32,000 nucleotides of DNA from Desulfocapsa sulfexigens DSM 10523 (GTDB lineage Bacteria; Desulfobacterota; Desulfobulbia; Desulfobulbales; Desulfocapsaceae): assembly GCF_000341395.1 (NCBI RefSeq), contig NC_020304.1:900001-932000 (forward strand), read 5' to 3'. The position numbers and the translations under genes were made by a program. The notes beneath the pieces were generated by a model. It saw only the letters and a list, made by a program, of their open reading frames with translations. It ran no database searches and had not been told where the DNA came from. Shown here in pieces: positions 1-7,303 of the stretch; the first letter of the stretch is position 1, and each line of letters begins with the position of its first letter.

Positions 1-440
1 GAATCATTAAAGCCAGCGTCGTTGATGTCAAGTTTAGACCAGCCTATTCCGCCACCGACAAATGGTGTCCAGGCAGAGCCGGTATCAACATCGTAAAAAC
101 CATTGACCATAAAGGAAAGAGTTTTCAGGTCGCCCTCGTTAAAGCTACCGTAATAGTTGTTGTAGTACGTTATATCAAGGTCATTCTTTTGTTTGATAAT
201 CTCTAGTTCCATACGCATCGGGCTCACAAAATCATACCCTGCAGCAAGAGAACCTACAAAGCCGCTGTCATATGTCATTTTGGCTGTCCCGCCTCCATTT
301 GGCATGTTGTCTATATCAGCATCCATACCCATACCTATGCCTATATTCCCCTTAATGTAAAAGGAATCTTTGGCGGCCATTGAACTCACAGGAGCAACGA
401 GTACAGTCAGCGTTGCTACAGTTAATAAGGTTTTTTTCAT
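1..440 (-). CDS. Outer-membrane beta-barrel protein (OmpA-like / OMP_b-brl type), N-terminal 146 codons only; C-terminus lies beyond the left edge
   Basis: Absent from the ORF track because it is truncated. My reverse-strand translation from ATG 440-438 gives MKKTLLTVATLTVLVAPVSSMA/AKDSFYIKGNIGIGMGMDADID...GSLAAGYDF...SFMVNGFYDV...WTPFVGGGIGWSKLDIN. It has a Sec signal peptide, an alternating aromatic/Gly beta-strand pattern, and an AGAGGA RBS about 7 nt upstream. Confidence 0.7.
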   Translation of the reverse strand, partial: MKKTLLTVATLTVLVAPVSSMAAKDSFYIKGNIGIGMGMDADIDNMPNGGGTAKMTYDSGFVGSLAAGYDFVSPMRMELEIIKQKNDLDITYYNNYYGSFNEGDLKTLSFMVNGFYDVDTGSAWTPFVGGGIGWSKLDINDAGFND

Positions 441-517
441 TTTATATTCCTCTTTTGAAAATTTAATAAAGATAAATATTTTCTTATATAATTTCTACAT
501 CGACACAGATATAAGCT

Positions 518-826
518 TTAGCGTTTCCGGCCACCTCCCCCACCACTCCCACGCCTTTGCTGAGTACTACTATCATCTCTTTTTGCATTGGCTGGTTGTC
601 CAGTGTATTGCTGCCGTTCCTCTGGCGTCATATTCTGCATGCGCTCCTGCCATTCAGAACGAAAAGCATTACGCTCTTCCTCGCTTGCCTCCTGCAGAGT
701 TCCCCGCGAGTTACTGAGTTCTTCATTACTCATGCTGGAATAATCGTTTACTGCCCATACCGGTGTTGCTGCTGTCATGAACGTCATGGTCAACATAATT
801 GCTGTTTTTTGAATCTTGCATGTCAT
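518..826 (-). CDS. Small secreted protein with a Glu/Arg/Gln-rich helical core and a Gly-rich basic C-terminal tail; possible CpxP/Spy/ZraP-like periplasmic protein (tentative)
   Basis: GGAGG RBS 7 nt before the ATG. Signal peptide ...MTAATPVWA/VND. MTPEERQQY resembles an LTXXQ-type motif. The tail is RRGSGGGGGRKR. It is co-oriented with, and 69 nt downstream of, the lipoprotein gene. Confidence 0.6.
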   Translation of the reverse strand: MTCKIQKTAIMLTMTFMTAATPVWAVNDYSSMSNEELSNSRGTLQEASEEERNAFRSEWQERMQNMTPEERQQYTGQPANAKRDDSSTQQRRGSGGGGGRKR

Positions 827-895
827 GATTTTTCCTCCATATTTTTTTGGGAATCATAATTCACAGGCCGTCTTAAGTTCCTCACCTGCTCCATC

Positions 896-1714
896 TCATT
901 TGTTTTGGCTCTTGTTTCCAAGCAATTGTATGCCATTTCTTCCTACACCCTCACGATCCTTGAGGGTCGCATTCTTAGCCAGGTATACTTTTGCCCATAT
1001 TTCAATCGGTTCATGGCTGCCACCGCCCTGTGCACCTCCTTTTCCTCCCATTTTTTTGCCACCTCCTCCACCACCCCTTCCGCCTCGACCACCACCGGAA
1101 GATACTTTGCCGGATGGTTTTTCTGGTTTACCGGTCTCAAGCCCGACACCGATAGTGTTGTTTTTTTTTGAGTAAGTTAGTGGAACTTTCAGTTCATAAA
1201 CCAGATACCCTTGCTGCATTCCGAGTCGGACATATATCCCCATTTCTTCAGCTTTGTTCGTCGGTAATGTTTGACGGGTCTCTTCCACCCCACTGAGTAT
1301 GGCCAGGCTGTACTGTGTATCTTCCAGCATTTCCTCCATACCATTTCTTGTTTTATGGTCTGACATGCGTCCCGGGATCAGATTTTGTCTGGCAAGTGGG
1401 AACTGTAGGCCGAATGTTTTTCTGTTCTCTCCTGTGTCATCAAGCCATACGGTGAAACCGGTTCGCAAAAGCATCATATTGGTAACCTGGTTTCTACTTA
1501 ACAAGCGGATATAGAGACTATCCTCATCGTTCATCATAGACACTCGCACCCTGGAATTTTCATCAAAATACTGTGGATTTTCCGGCCAGGCAGCATCTCT
1601 ACCGTTTAAAGAAATCGGTTCAGTCCACTGGCTTTGCAGTTCCACTTCGTTACATCCAACCAGAGAGATGGTTACCAGAGGAATTAAGAGGGTAAGGAGC
1701 TTAGTTGGTTTCAT
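896..1714 (-). CDS. Lipoprotein of unknown function with an internal Gly/Arg/Lys-rich tract
   Basis: Signal peptide with lipobox LVGC (MKPTKLLTLLIPLVTISLVG-C). The tract is SSGGGRGGRGGGGGGKKMGGKGGAQGGG. The N-terminal half (ISLNGRDAAW...SLYIRL...FTVWLDD) loosely resembles CBM9/DOMON-like ligand-binding folds; that resemblance is unverified. Confidence 0.7.
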   Translation of the reverse strand: MKPTKLLTLLIPLVTISLVGCNEVELQSQWTEPISLNGRDAAWPENPQYFDENSRVRVSMMNDEDSLYIRLLSRNQVTNMMLLRTGFTVWLDDTGENRKTFGLQFPLARQNLIPGRMSDHKTRNGMEEMLEDTQYSLAILSGVEETRQTLPTNKAEEMGIYVRLGMQQGYLVYELKVPLTYSKKNNTIGVGLETGKPEKPSGKVSSGGGRGGRGGGGGGKKMGGKGGAQGGGSHEPIEIWAKVYLAKNATLKDREGVGRNGIQLLGNKSQNK

Positions 1715-1841
1715 AATGTTCTCTCTTTTGTTTTTTGTTAAACCTCTTGACTTGAATCGATAATGATTTGTCGATTAGCCTTGGATTTTTCTAAAGTACA
1801 GCACTCTCTGACTGATTGCTGTTAAGCTCCGGTCAAGTTGT

Positions 1842-1856
1842 GTAAAGTTGTGTAAA
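1842..1856 (+). promoter_or_regulatory. Direct repeat GTAAA-GTTGT-GTAAA (CpxR-box-like) in the divergent promoter between the lipoprotein operon and the response regulator gene
   Basis: Sequence 1836-1857 is AGTTGTGTAA AGTTGTGTAA AG, a 10-bp tandem unit. GTAAA sits at 1842-1846 and 1852-1856 with a 5-nt spacer, which equals the E. coli CpxR consensus GTAAA(N5)GTAAA. Confidence 0.5.
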
Positions 1857-1921
1857 GCTATTACACTGATTAGAAATAGTGCAGTAGTATCCGAGAGAGA
1901 ATGATCTTCGGAGGAGACGAT

Positions 1922-2626
1922 ATGAAAACAATTTTAGTCATTGATGATGACAAAGAACTGTGCGAGTTGCTGGTTGAATTTTTACAGCCAGAAGGATTTA
2001 GAGTTGAAACAGTGAATGAGCCACACGGCGGCTTACGGCAGGCCTTATCCGGTGAATACTGTCTGGTGGTTCTTGATGTGATGCTTCCAGGCATGACGGG
2101 ATTCGAACTCTTGCGGAATCTCAGGATATCTTCGCAGGTTCCTGTGCTGATGCTTACAGCCAGAGGTGAGGATATTGATCGTATTATTGGCCTGGAGATG
2201 GGGGCGGATGATTATCTGCCCAAACCATTTAACCCTCGCGAACTTGTGGCCAGGATTCAAGCCATTTGGCGTCGAGTTCAGCCAGAAGAAAAACAGCAGT
2301 TGGAGAATACGTCCCGGATTGAACTTGATGATATTGTACTTGATTTTGGTTCAAGGAGTGTGAAACAGAATAACAATACCATTAAAGTTACCGCCGTCGA
2401 GTTTTCCTTGCTTTATGAGTTGTTGCGTAAGGCTGGTCAGGTATTGACACGTGAGGAGTTGACCCAAAGGGTTTTGAATCGTAAGCTTGAGATTTTTGAC
2501 CGCAGCATCGATGTCCATGTCAGCAGCCTGCGAAAAAAGCTGGGGCACAATATAGACAACCGAGAACGGATCAAGACCATACGCAGTGTTGGCTATCTTT
2601 ATACCCAAGCACATCAGGATTTGTAA
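1922..2626 (+). CDS. OmpR-family response regulator (CpxR-like)
   Basis: MKTILVIDDD..VVLDVMLPG..PKPF receiver motifs and a C-terminal winged helix (..RIKTIRSVGYLY). GGAGGAG RBS lies before ATG 1922, so the track's start at 1901 is probably an upstream extension. Confidence 0.95.
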   Translation: MKTILVIDDDKELCELLVEFLQPEGFRVETVNEPHGGLRQALSGEYCLVVLDVMLPGMTGFELLRNLRISSQVPVLMLTARGEDIDRIIGLEMGADDYLPKPFNPRELVARIQAIWRRVQPEEKQQLENTSRIELDDIVLDFGSRSVKQNNNTIKVTAVEFSLLYELLRKAGQVLTREELTQRVLNRKLEIFDRSIDVHVSSLRKKLGHNIDNRERIKTIRSVGYLYTQAHQDL

Positions 2627-2628
2627 TC

Positions 2629-4044
2629 ATGCGTAGCCTTTTTTGTAAACTTTTTATGAGCTTTCTTCTTATCACACTGCTTGCCAGTTTCACCACGGTG
2701 ATGATCTCTTATTGGGCACAAGTTGGCCCCTATGGTGAGCTTAAAAAGCGGGTGGAGCATAACCAGATTCAATCTTTGACTCATTCTCTTTCGGTAATCG
2801 GCCTGGCGGCAGTGAAGATACTTGAAATTGGCGACAAGGAAGCATTGATTGCTTATTTACAGGAAGTTGGAAAACAGCACCACAGTCGAATTGTTTTGCT
2901 GCAGGAAGACAACAGCACCTTTTCAGATCACAAGCTGCCACCGAACGCTGCTGATCTTGTTGTTTCTTCCCGTAAATCGCATGATATTCAATACAACCTA
3001 TCCGAAACAGAAATCATTGTCGCCATTCCCCTTTTTAGCAAAAACAGACAGATAATGACACTCATCGGAAGCACGGCCAGGATTGTGCGGCCTCGTGTTT
3101 TTATAGACAATAAACAGGAAAAAGTATGGCATCGGCTACTCTTTTTTCGTCAACGTTTTGGCTTACCCGTAATTGTAATAGTTTCTGTTGCTGCGGCAGG
3201 TTGTTACCTGCTGGCCCGTTCACTGACTGCACCAATCCGTGATTTACGCAAGGCCACCCAGCGAATGAGCAAAGGTGATTTCTCAGCCCGGGTTGATCTT
3301 TGCAATCGCAGGAGAGATGAAATTGCGGATTTGAGCCGTGATTTTAACATGATGGCCGAACGAACCCAGTCTTTAATCCAGTCTCAGAAGCGATTGTTAC
3401 GCGATGTTTCTCATGAACTGCGTTCCCCGTTGACCAGGCAGAATCTTGCGGTGGAACTGGCCCGGCAACGATTCAGCGATGCGGAACCTTATCTTGCGAG
3501 AATTGAAAAAGAGTCTGGACGGCTCAGTGAACTCATTGACCAGCTCCTCATCTTGACCAGGCTTGAAGGGAGTGTGGATAACACACCCAAAGAGCTAGTG
3601 CATTTACATGAATTATTGAATGATATTGTACGTGATGCCAATTTTGAGGCTGCCAGTCGGGATCGAAGAATAGAAATACAAAACCTGAATGAGATTACAA
3701 TGTTCGGTTCCATGGAGATGCTTGGTCGGGCTCTGGAGAATGTGATTCGCAATGGCTTACGCTATACTACAGCCGGAAGCGCCGTTGAGATCAGTACATC
3801 AAAAGGTAAGGATTCTGCAACTATTATTGTCCGAGATCATGGCCCAGGTGTACCGCAGAAGTATCTTGAACATATTTTTAAACCTTTTTTTCGGGTAGCA
3901 GAGTCGCGTGGCCGTGACAGCGGCGGCACGGGTATCGGCCTGGCCATCGCCAAACAGGCGATCCTGATGCATGGCGGTGGAATAGTAGCAAGAAATGCCG
4001 AGGAAGGCGGTCTGATAATTGAGATTCACTTACCGTTGTCGTAA
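2629..4044 (+). CDS. Sensor histidine kinase (CpxA-like: 2 TM, periplasmic loop, HAMP, HisKA, HATPase_c)
   Basis: HAMP is LTAPIRDLRKATQRMSKGDFSARV. H-box is SHELRSPLT. N-box is ENVIRNGLRYT. G1 is RDHGPGV and G2 is GGTGIGLAIAK. The gene starts 2 nt after the regulator stop. Confidence 0.95.
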   Translation: MRSLFCKLFMSFLLITLLASFTTVMISYWAQVGPYGELKKRVEHNQIQSLTHSLSVIGLAAVKILEIGDKEALIAYLQEVGKQHHSRIVLLQEDNSTFSDHKLPPNAADLVVSSRKSHDIQYNLSETEIIVAIPLFSKNRQIMTLIGSTARIVRPRVFIDNKQEKVWHRLLFFRQRFGLPVIVIVSVAAAGCYLLARSLTAPIRDLRKATQRMSKGDFSARVDLCNRRRDEIADLSRDFNMMAERTQSLIQSQKRLLRDVSHELRSPLTRQNLAVELARQRFSDAEPYLARIEKESGRLSELIDQLLILTRLEGSVDNTPKELVHLHELLNDIVRDANFEAASRDRRIEIQNLNEITMFGSMEMLGRALENVIRNGLRYTTAGSAVEISTSKGKDSATIIVRDHGPGVPQKYLEHIFKPFFRVAESRGRDSGGTGIGLAIAKQAILMHGGGIVARNAEEGGLIIEIHLPLS

Positions 4045-4218
4045 TCAGCCCACTTTTCTCATGAATATTTTGTTCCAAAATTTTAATATACTCCAACAAA
4101 TGCTAAATGGTTTGTTTGTTAACAAAATGTTCACCAAAAGCGTTTCAATATAACCAATCCTGTTTTCTCGCTCGCCCCTCACATCTGTGGTCATCTCAAC
4201 TCGTGAGAAACCCGGACT

Positions 4219-4246
4219 AGGGCCTCGGAATAATCCCAAAGGCCCT
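4219..4246. terminator. Possible hairpin between the convergent kinase and EF-hand genes
   Basis: AGGGCCT (4219-4225) pairs with AGGCCCT (4240-4246) across a 14-nt loop. The T-tract is weak (aacatttt), so function as a terminator is uncertain. Confidence 0.25.
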
Positions 4247-4316
4247 AACATTTTGCTCAAGCCCCGATGACATCCCCTCCATCTTGGTCGCTAATAGAGT
4301 TGTGCATCTCTTTGCA

Positions 4317-4757
4317 TTAAGCTTGGATATTAACCGGGGAATAATCCTCTGGATCCTCCTCCTGCTCCCCAAACATATCCATCAATGTCGAGAAGGAATC
4401 ATTTTCCGCATTTGATTGATAGGCAGCATGGGATTGCAAAGATGCTGCCCCGCTTCGAAGACCTCCCGTCTTCTCCTGAATTTCTCTCATCATGGATTCC
4501 ATTTCACCCCTATCCATCAGCCCGTCATTATTGGCATCATAGGTCTTTGCTACCTCCGCCACGTTCATTGTCTGGCCTGTCATCCCAGACATTTTGTCGG
4601 CCATTGTCTGGAGTTCAGCCTGATCAATAGCGCCGTTTTTGTCGGCGTCAAGCTTGTTAAATCGTCCTTCAGCTCCTTTCCCTTGCCCTTGCCGTGCGCC
4701 CTGCGCCTGCTGCATATTAGCAAAAGAATAACTATACGATCCACTTATTCCGTTCAT
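4317..4757 (-). CDS. EF-hand calcium-binding protein (two canonical loops), 146 aa, no signal peptide, acidic C-terminus
   Basis: The loops are DADKNGAIDQAE (aa 37-48) and DANNDGLMDRGE (aa 74-85), both fitting D-x-[DN]-x-[DN]-G-x-[IM]-D-x-x-E. AGGAG RBS lies before ATG 4757, so the track start at 4841 is an unlikely extension. Confidence 0.8.
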   Translation of the reverse strand: MNGISGSYSYSFANMQQAQGARQGQGKGAEGRFNKLDADKNGAIDQAELQTMADKMSGMTGQTMNVAEVAKTYDANNDGLMDRGEMESMMREIQEKTGGLRSGAASLQSHAAYQSNAENDSFSTLMDMFGEQEEDPEDYSPVNIQA

Positions 4758-4910
4758 CGTAATGACTCCTTTTTTGGTTATGGAGATGATGAAAGAGAGG
4801 ATGTCCGTTTCCAATCTCCTGTAAAAGCATTCCTCTATCAACTGTACATGGAGATAGTTTTATCTCCACTGATATTCAAATCGGGCTGGAATCTAATTTT
4901 CTATAGCTTC

Positions 4911-4926
4911 TTTACAATAACTTTAC
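4911..4926 (-). promoter_or_regulatory. Second GTAAA direct repeat (N6 spacing), about 155-170 nt upstream of the EF-hand gene
   Basis: The plus strand reads TTTAC-AATAAC-TTTAC, so the minus strand reads GTAAA-GTTATT-GTAAA pointing toward the gene. The spacing is one nt longer than the consensus. Confidence 0.3.
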
Positions 4927-5189
4927 AAACCGAAGGTGATAAAGAATATTAGAGTACGAATGCCTTTTAGAAATGTCCATACTGTTGCCCTGTAGAAGGT
5001 CAGAGCATAACCACAAAGAAAAGGTGCTGAATAGAAGAATTTGTCGAATTCAAAAGCGGAAAAGGCTGTTCTCAACAACTTCGCACTGGCAACGTGTTCC
5101 CCGGTAAAGGCATCAAAACCTACCTGGCCATCGATTCAACATCAGCCTGTACCAAGGAGTCCATCCCAGATCTGGGGATTTTCAGACAC

Positions 5190-5726
5190 TCAAAACCAGA
5201 ATTCCGGATAACGTCGATTTCTCGGTATATTATTGACCAGCAGGGCGATGATAAGCATTGTTACTGCCCCTAACGCCACCGGTACAATGACATACAGATA
5301 TCCCAGGGCATGAACGTTATCACTTCCGATAACAGCAATCAGGGCAGTGGCCCCGCCTGGCGGATGAAGGGTACAGGTAGCGTGCATAACAGCAATGGCG
5401 GTGGCCACCGCAAGGGCTGCAGCCAGCCACATCTGGCCATGAAATGTTTGATAACAAAAGACCCCTATGATGGCCGATAAAATGTGACCGCCGACCAGAT
5501 TACGTGGCTGAGCCAGGGGACTTCTTATAGCCCCGTAAATGAGAACGGCGGACGCACCAAAAGAACCGATAATCATCACCAGGTCACTTTCAGCCAAAAA
5601 ATTATAATGAAGGAGGGCAACTGCCGCTATCCCCAGAAAAGCCCCCAACCAGGACCAGGCTATTTCCGACAATCCTGGTCGAGGTGGACTTTTAGTGATC
5701 CCCTTCATTTTTTGAAAGTATGCCAT
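5190..5726 (-). CDS. HPP-family integral membrane protein
   Basis: HPPGGATAL motif and 4-5 hydrophobic helices. ATG 5726 is preceded by AGGAGAAAG. The track start at 5792 would overlap the upstream CBS gene. Confidence 0.85.
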   Translation of the reverse strand: MAYFQKMKGITKSPPRPGLSEIAWSWLGAFLGIAAVALLHYNFLAESDLVMIIGSFGASAVLIYGAIRSPLAQPRNLVGGHILSAIIGVFCYQTFHGQMWLAAALAVATAIAVMHATCTLHPPGGATALIAVIGSDNVHALGYLYVIVPVALGAVTMLIIALLVNNIPRNRRYPEFWF

Positions 5727-5742
5727 TGTGTGCTTTCTCCTC

Positions 5743-6354
5743 TTACAAAAGTTGTGAGCGGACAATATCGCCCCTGGAAAGAATACCCACAATCTTTTCT
5801 CCTTGCTGATCGAGCACAGGGAGCCGATTGATATTATTTTTTGACATTATGACTGTGATTTCACCTAGGGGGGTATTCTCTCTGATCGTAAATGGAGGAT
5901 GGCTCATAATATCAGCAGCCACCCTTTCAGGACTAGATACAGCAACACACCCTTTTCCCTGAAGACTGTTAGTGATTATAGACATAAAAGATCTGTTGTT
6001 GGTACCCAGATCCTTGAGAAAGTCTTGTTCTGACAAAACCCCCACCACTCTTTCTTCGTTATCCAAAACCGGCACCCCCGAGATGGAGGCAGCTGCCATT
6101 CGCTTTGCCGCTTCCAGCAGTGGGGTATTTGCAGCAACGCTTACTACCTCTCGGCTCATGATATCTCTGGCAAGTATAGAGTTGGTCAGCCGTTCCATGG
6201 CATGCTGATAAGAAAGTTTATACAGCTCCTTAAAGTCACTTGCAGTGATGTCAAGGTAGCCAGAAATTTCCTTCATCGCCTCATATATGTCCTCATCGGA
6301 AATGGCTAATCTTTCTGGCAGACAAGGCTGGGTGGAACTTTTTGCTGTTTCCAT
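5743..6354 (-). CDS. CBS-domain pair protein
   Basis: Two CBS repeats are present (ARDIMSREVVSV...GVPVLD and AADIMSHPPFTI...RLPVLD..GILSRGDIV). ATG 6354 (METAK) is preferred over the TTG at 6384. It lies 16 nt upstream of the HPP gene. Confidence 0.85.
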   Translation of the reverse strand: METAKSSTQPCLPERLAISDEDIYEAMKEISGYLDITASDFKELYKLSYQHAMERLTNSILARDIMSREVVSVAANTPLLEAAKRMAAASISGVPVLDNEERVVGVLSEQDFLKDLGTNNRSFMSIITNSLQGKGCVAVSSPERVAADIMSHPPFTIRENTPLGEITVIMSKNNINRLPVLDQQGEKIVGILSRGDIVRSQLL

Positions 6355-6457
6355 GGTCACTCTCTCTTTTTTGCTAGTGATCAATGTGGTTACTTCACCT
6401 CTATCGCTTCAACCGGGCAGCAATCAACCGCTTTTCCACAGTCGCAGGTCTCACTTT

Positions 6458-6475
6458 TGTGAATTTGTTTTCACA
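6458..6475. promoter_or_regulatory. Inverted repeat TGTGAA-N6-TTCACA upstream of the CBS/HPP operon
   Basis: Perfect 6-bp arms lie about 100 nt upstream of the CBS start in the divergent intergenic region. No regulator can be assigned. Confidence 0.25.
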
Positions 6476-6626
6476 TTAATCTGGCCAAACGATGTTGTCA
6501 ATATGTTGGAAATGGTACTTTACGAACCTTCTCCATAACAACTTAGGGACTACCCATTAGTAAATCTGTTACTTCCTTGACTGATACCATCACTTAGATT
6601 TTTTCGCTAATATCAAAAAAACATGC

Positions 6627-6655
6627 TTGACAACATCCGAAGTACACCATACCTT
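6627..6655 (+). promoter_or_regulatory. Candidate sigma70-type promoter of the TetR/efflux operon
   Basis: TTGACA at 6627-6632, a 17-nt spacer, then TACCTT (3/6 match to TATAAT). Confidence 0.3.
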
Positions 6656-6662
6656 TAAAGTG

Positions 6663-6676
6663 AGTAATCAATTACT
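6663..6676. promoter_or_regulatory. Palindrome AGTAAT-CA-ATTACT, candidate TetR operator
   Basis: A perfect 14-bp palindrome sits between the candidate -10 element and the GGAGG RBS (6686-6690) of the TetR gene. Confidence 0.4.
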
Positions 6677-6694
6677 ATCTTTTCAGGAGGTTTT

Positions 6695-7303
6695 ATGGTA
6701 ACCCAGAGCAAACATCTTCCGGCAGAAGAGCGCCGTACAGTAACTGTCGAAGCCGTGATTGAGTTGGCTGCAGAACAAAATCCGAATGATATCACTACAT
6801 CTGCTATTGCTGCCCGTATGGGATTGACACAGGGCGCTCTGTTTCGACACTTTCCCAGTAAGGCAGCCATTCTCCAGGCAGTGATGGAATGGGTGGCCGA
6901 GCGACTGCTGACAAGGTTGGATAAGGCCATACAGGAGGCCCCATCGCCACTCGCCTCTCTTGAAGCCATGTTCATGGCCCATGTGCTGTTTGTAGCTGAA
7001 CATCCTGGCGTTCCCCGCATTCTGTTTGGCGAGTTGCAGCATTCTGAAAAAACCGCTTCCAAGATGATGGTACAGGCACTCATCAAGCATTATGGCGAAC
7101 GCCTTCACCGGTTGCTCAAAGAGGGAAAAATACTAAAAGAACTGGACGCTGATCTCGACATAGAGGCGGCTGCCACTCTCTTTATCGGCACCATTCAGGG
7201 GCTCATAATGCAATCACTCCTGGCAGGTGATGTGGATCATATTCGTCGTGATGCACCGAGGGTTTTCAATATCTATCGTCGTGGCATAAGGAGCATGCAA
7301 TGA
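6695..7303 (+). CDS. TetR-family transcriptional regulator
   Basis: N-terminal HTH is TTSAIAARMGLTQGALFRHFPSKAAIL. It is the first gene of the operon and overlaps the next gene by ATGA. Confidence 0.9.
   Translation: MVTQSKHLPAEERRTVTVEAVIELAAEQNPNDITTSAIAARMGLTQGALFRHFPSKAAILQAVMEWVAERLLTRLDKAIQEAPSPLASLEAMFMAHVLFVAEHPGVPRILFGELQHSEKTASKMMVQALIKHYGERLHRLLKEGKILKELDADLDIEAAATLFIGTIQGLIMQSLLAGDVDHIRRDAPRVFNIYRRGIRSMQ

Noticed and set aside
370-859. Plus-strand ORFs 370-717 and 557-859
   Set aside because: They overlap the minus-strand small secreted protein gene and the OMP start. Their composition is low in complexity and protein-unlike, and they have no RBS.
816-1175. 119-aa plus-strand ORF with a striking proline-rich run (PPPCAPPFPPIFLPPPPPPLPPRPPP)
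   Set aside because: It is the antisense mirror of the Gly-rich (GGN) codons of the minus-strand lipoprotein gene. It has no RBS. The minus-strand ORF has a lipobox signal peptide and proper operon context.
4416-4952. 178-aa plus-strand ORF
   Set aside because: It is antisense to the EF-hand gene, which has canonical motifs and an RBS. It shows no recognisable motifs.
6655-7108. Two minus-strand ORFs (143 and 141 aa)
   Set aside because: They are antisense to the TetR gene, whose HTH motif and operon coupling are clear.
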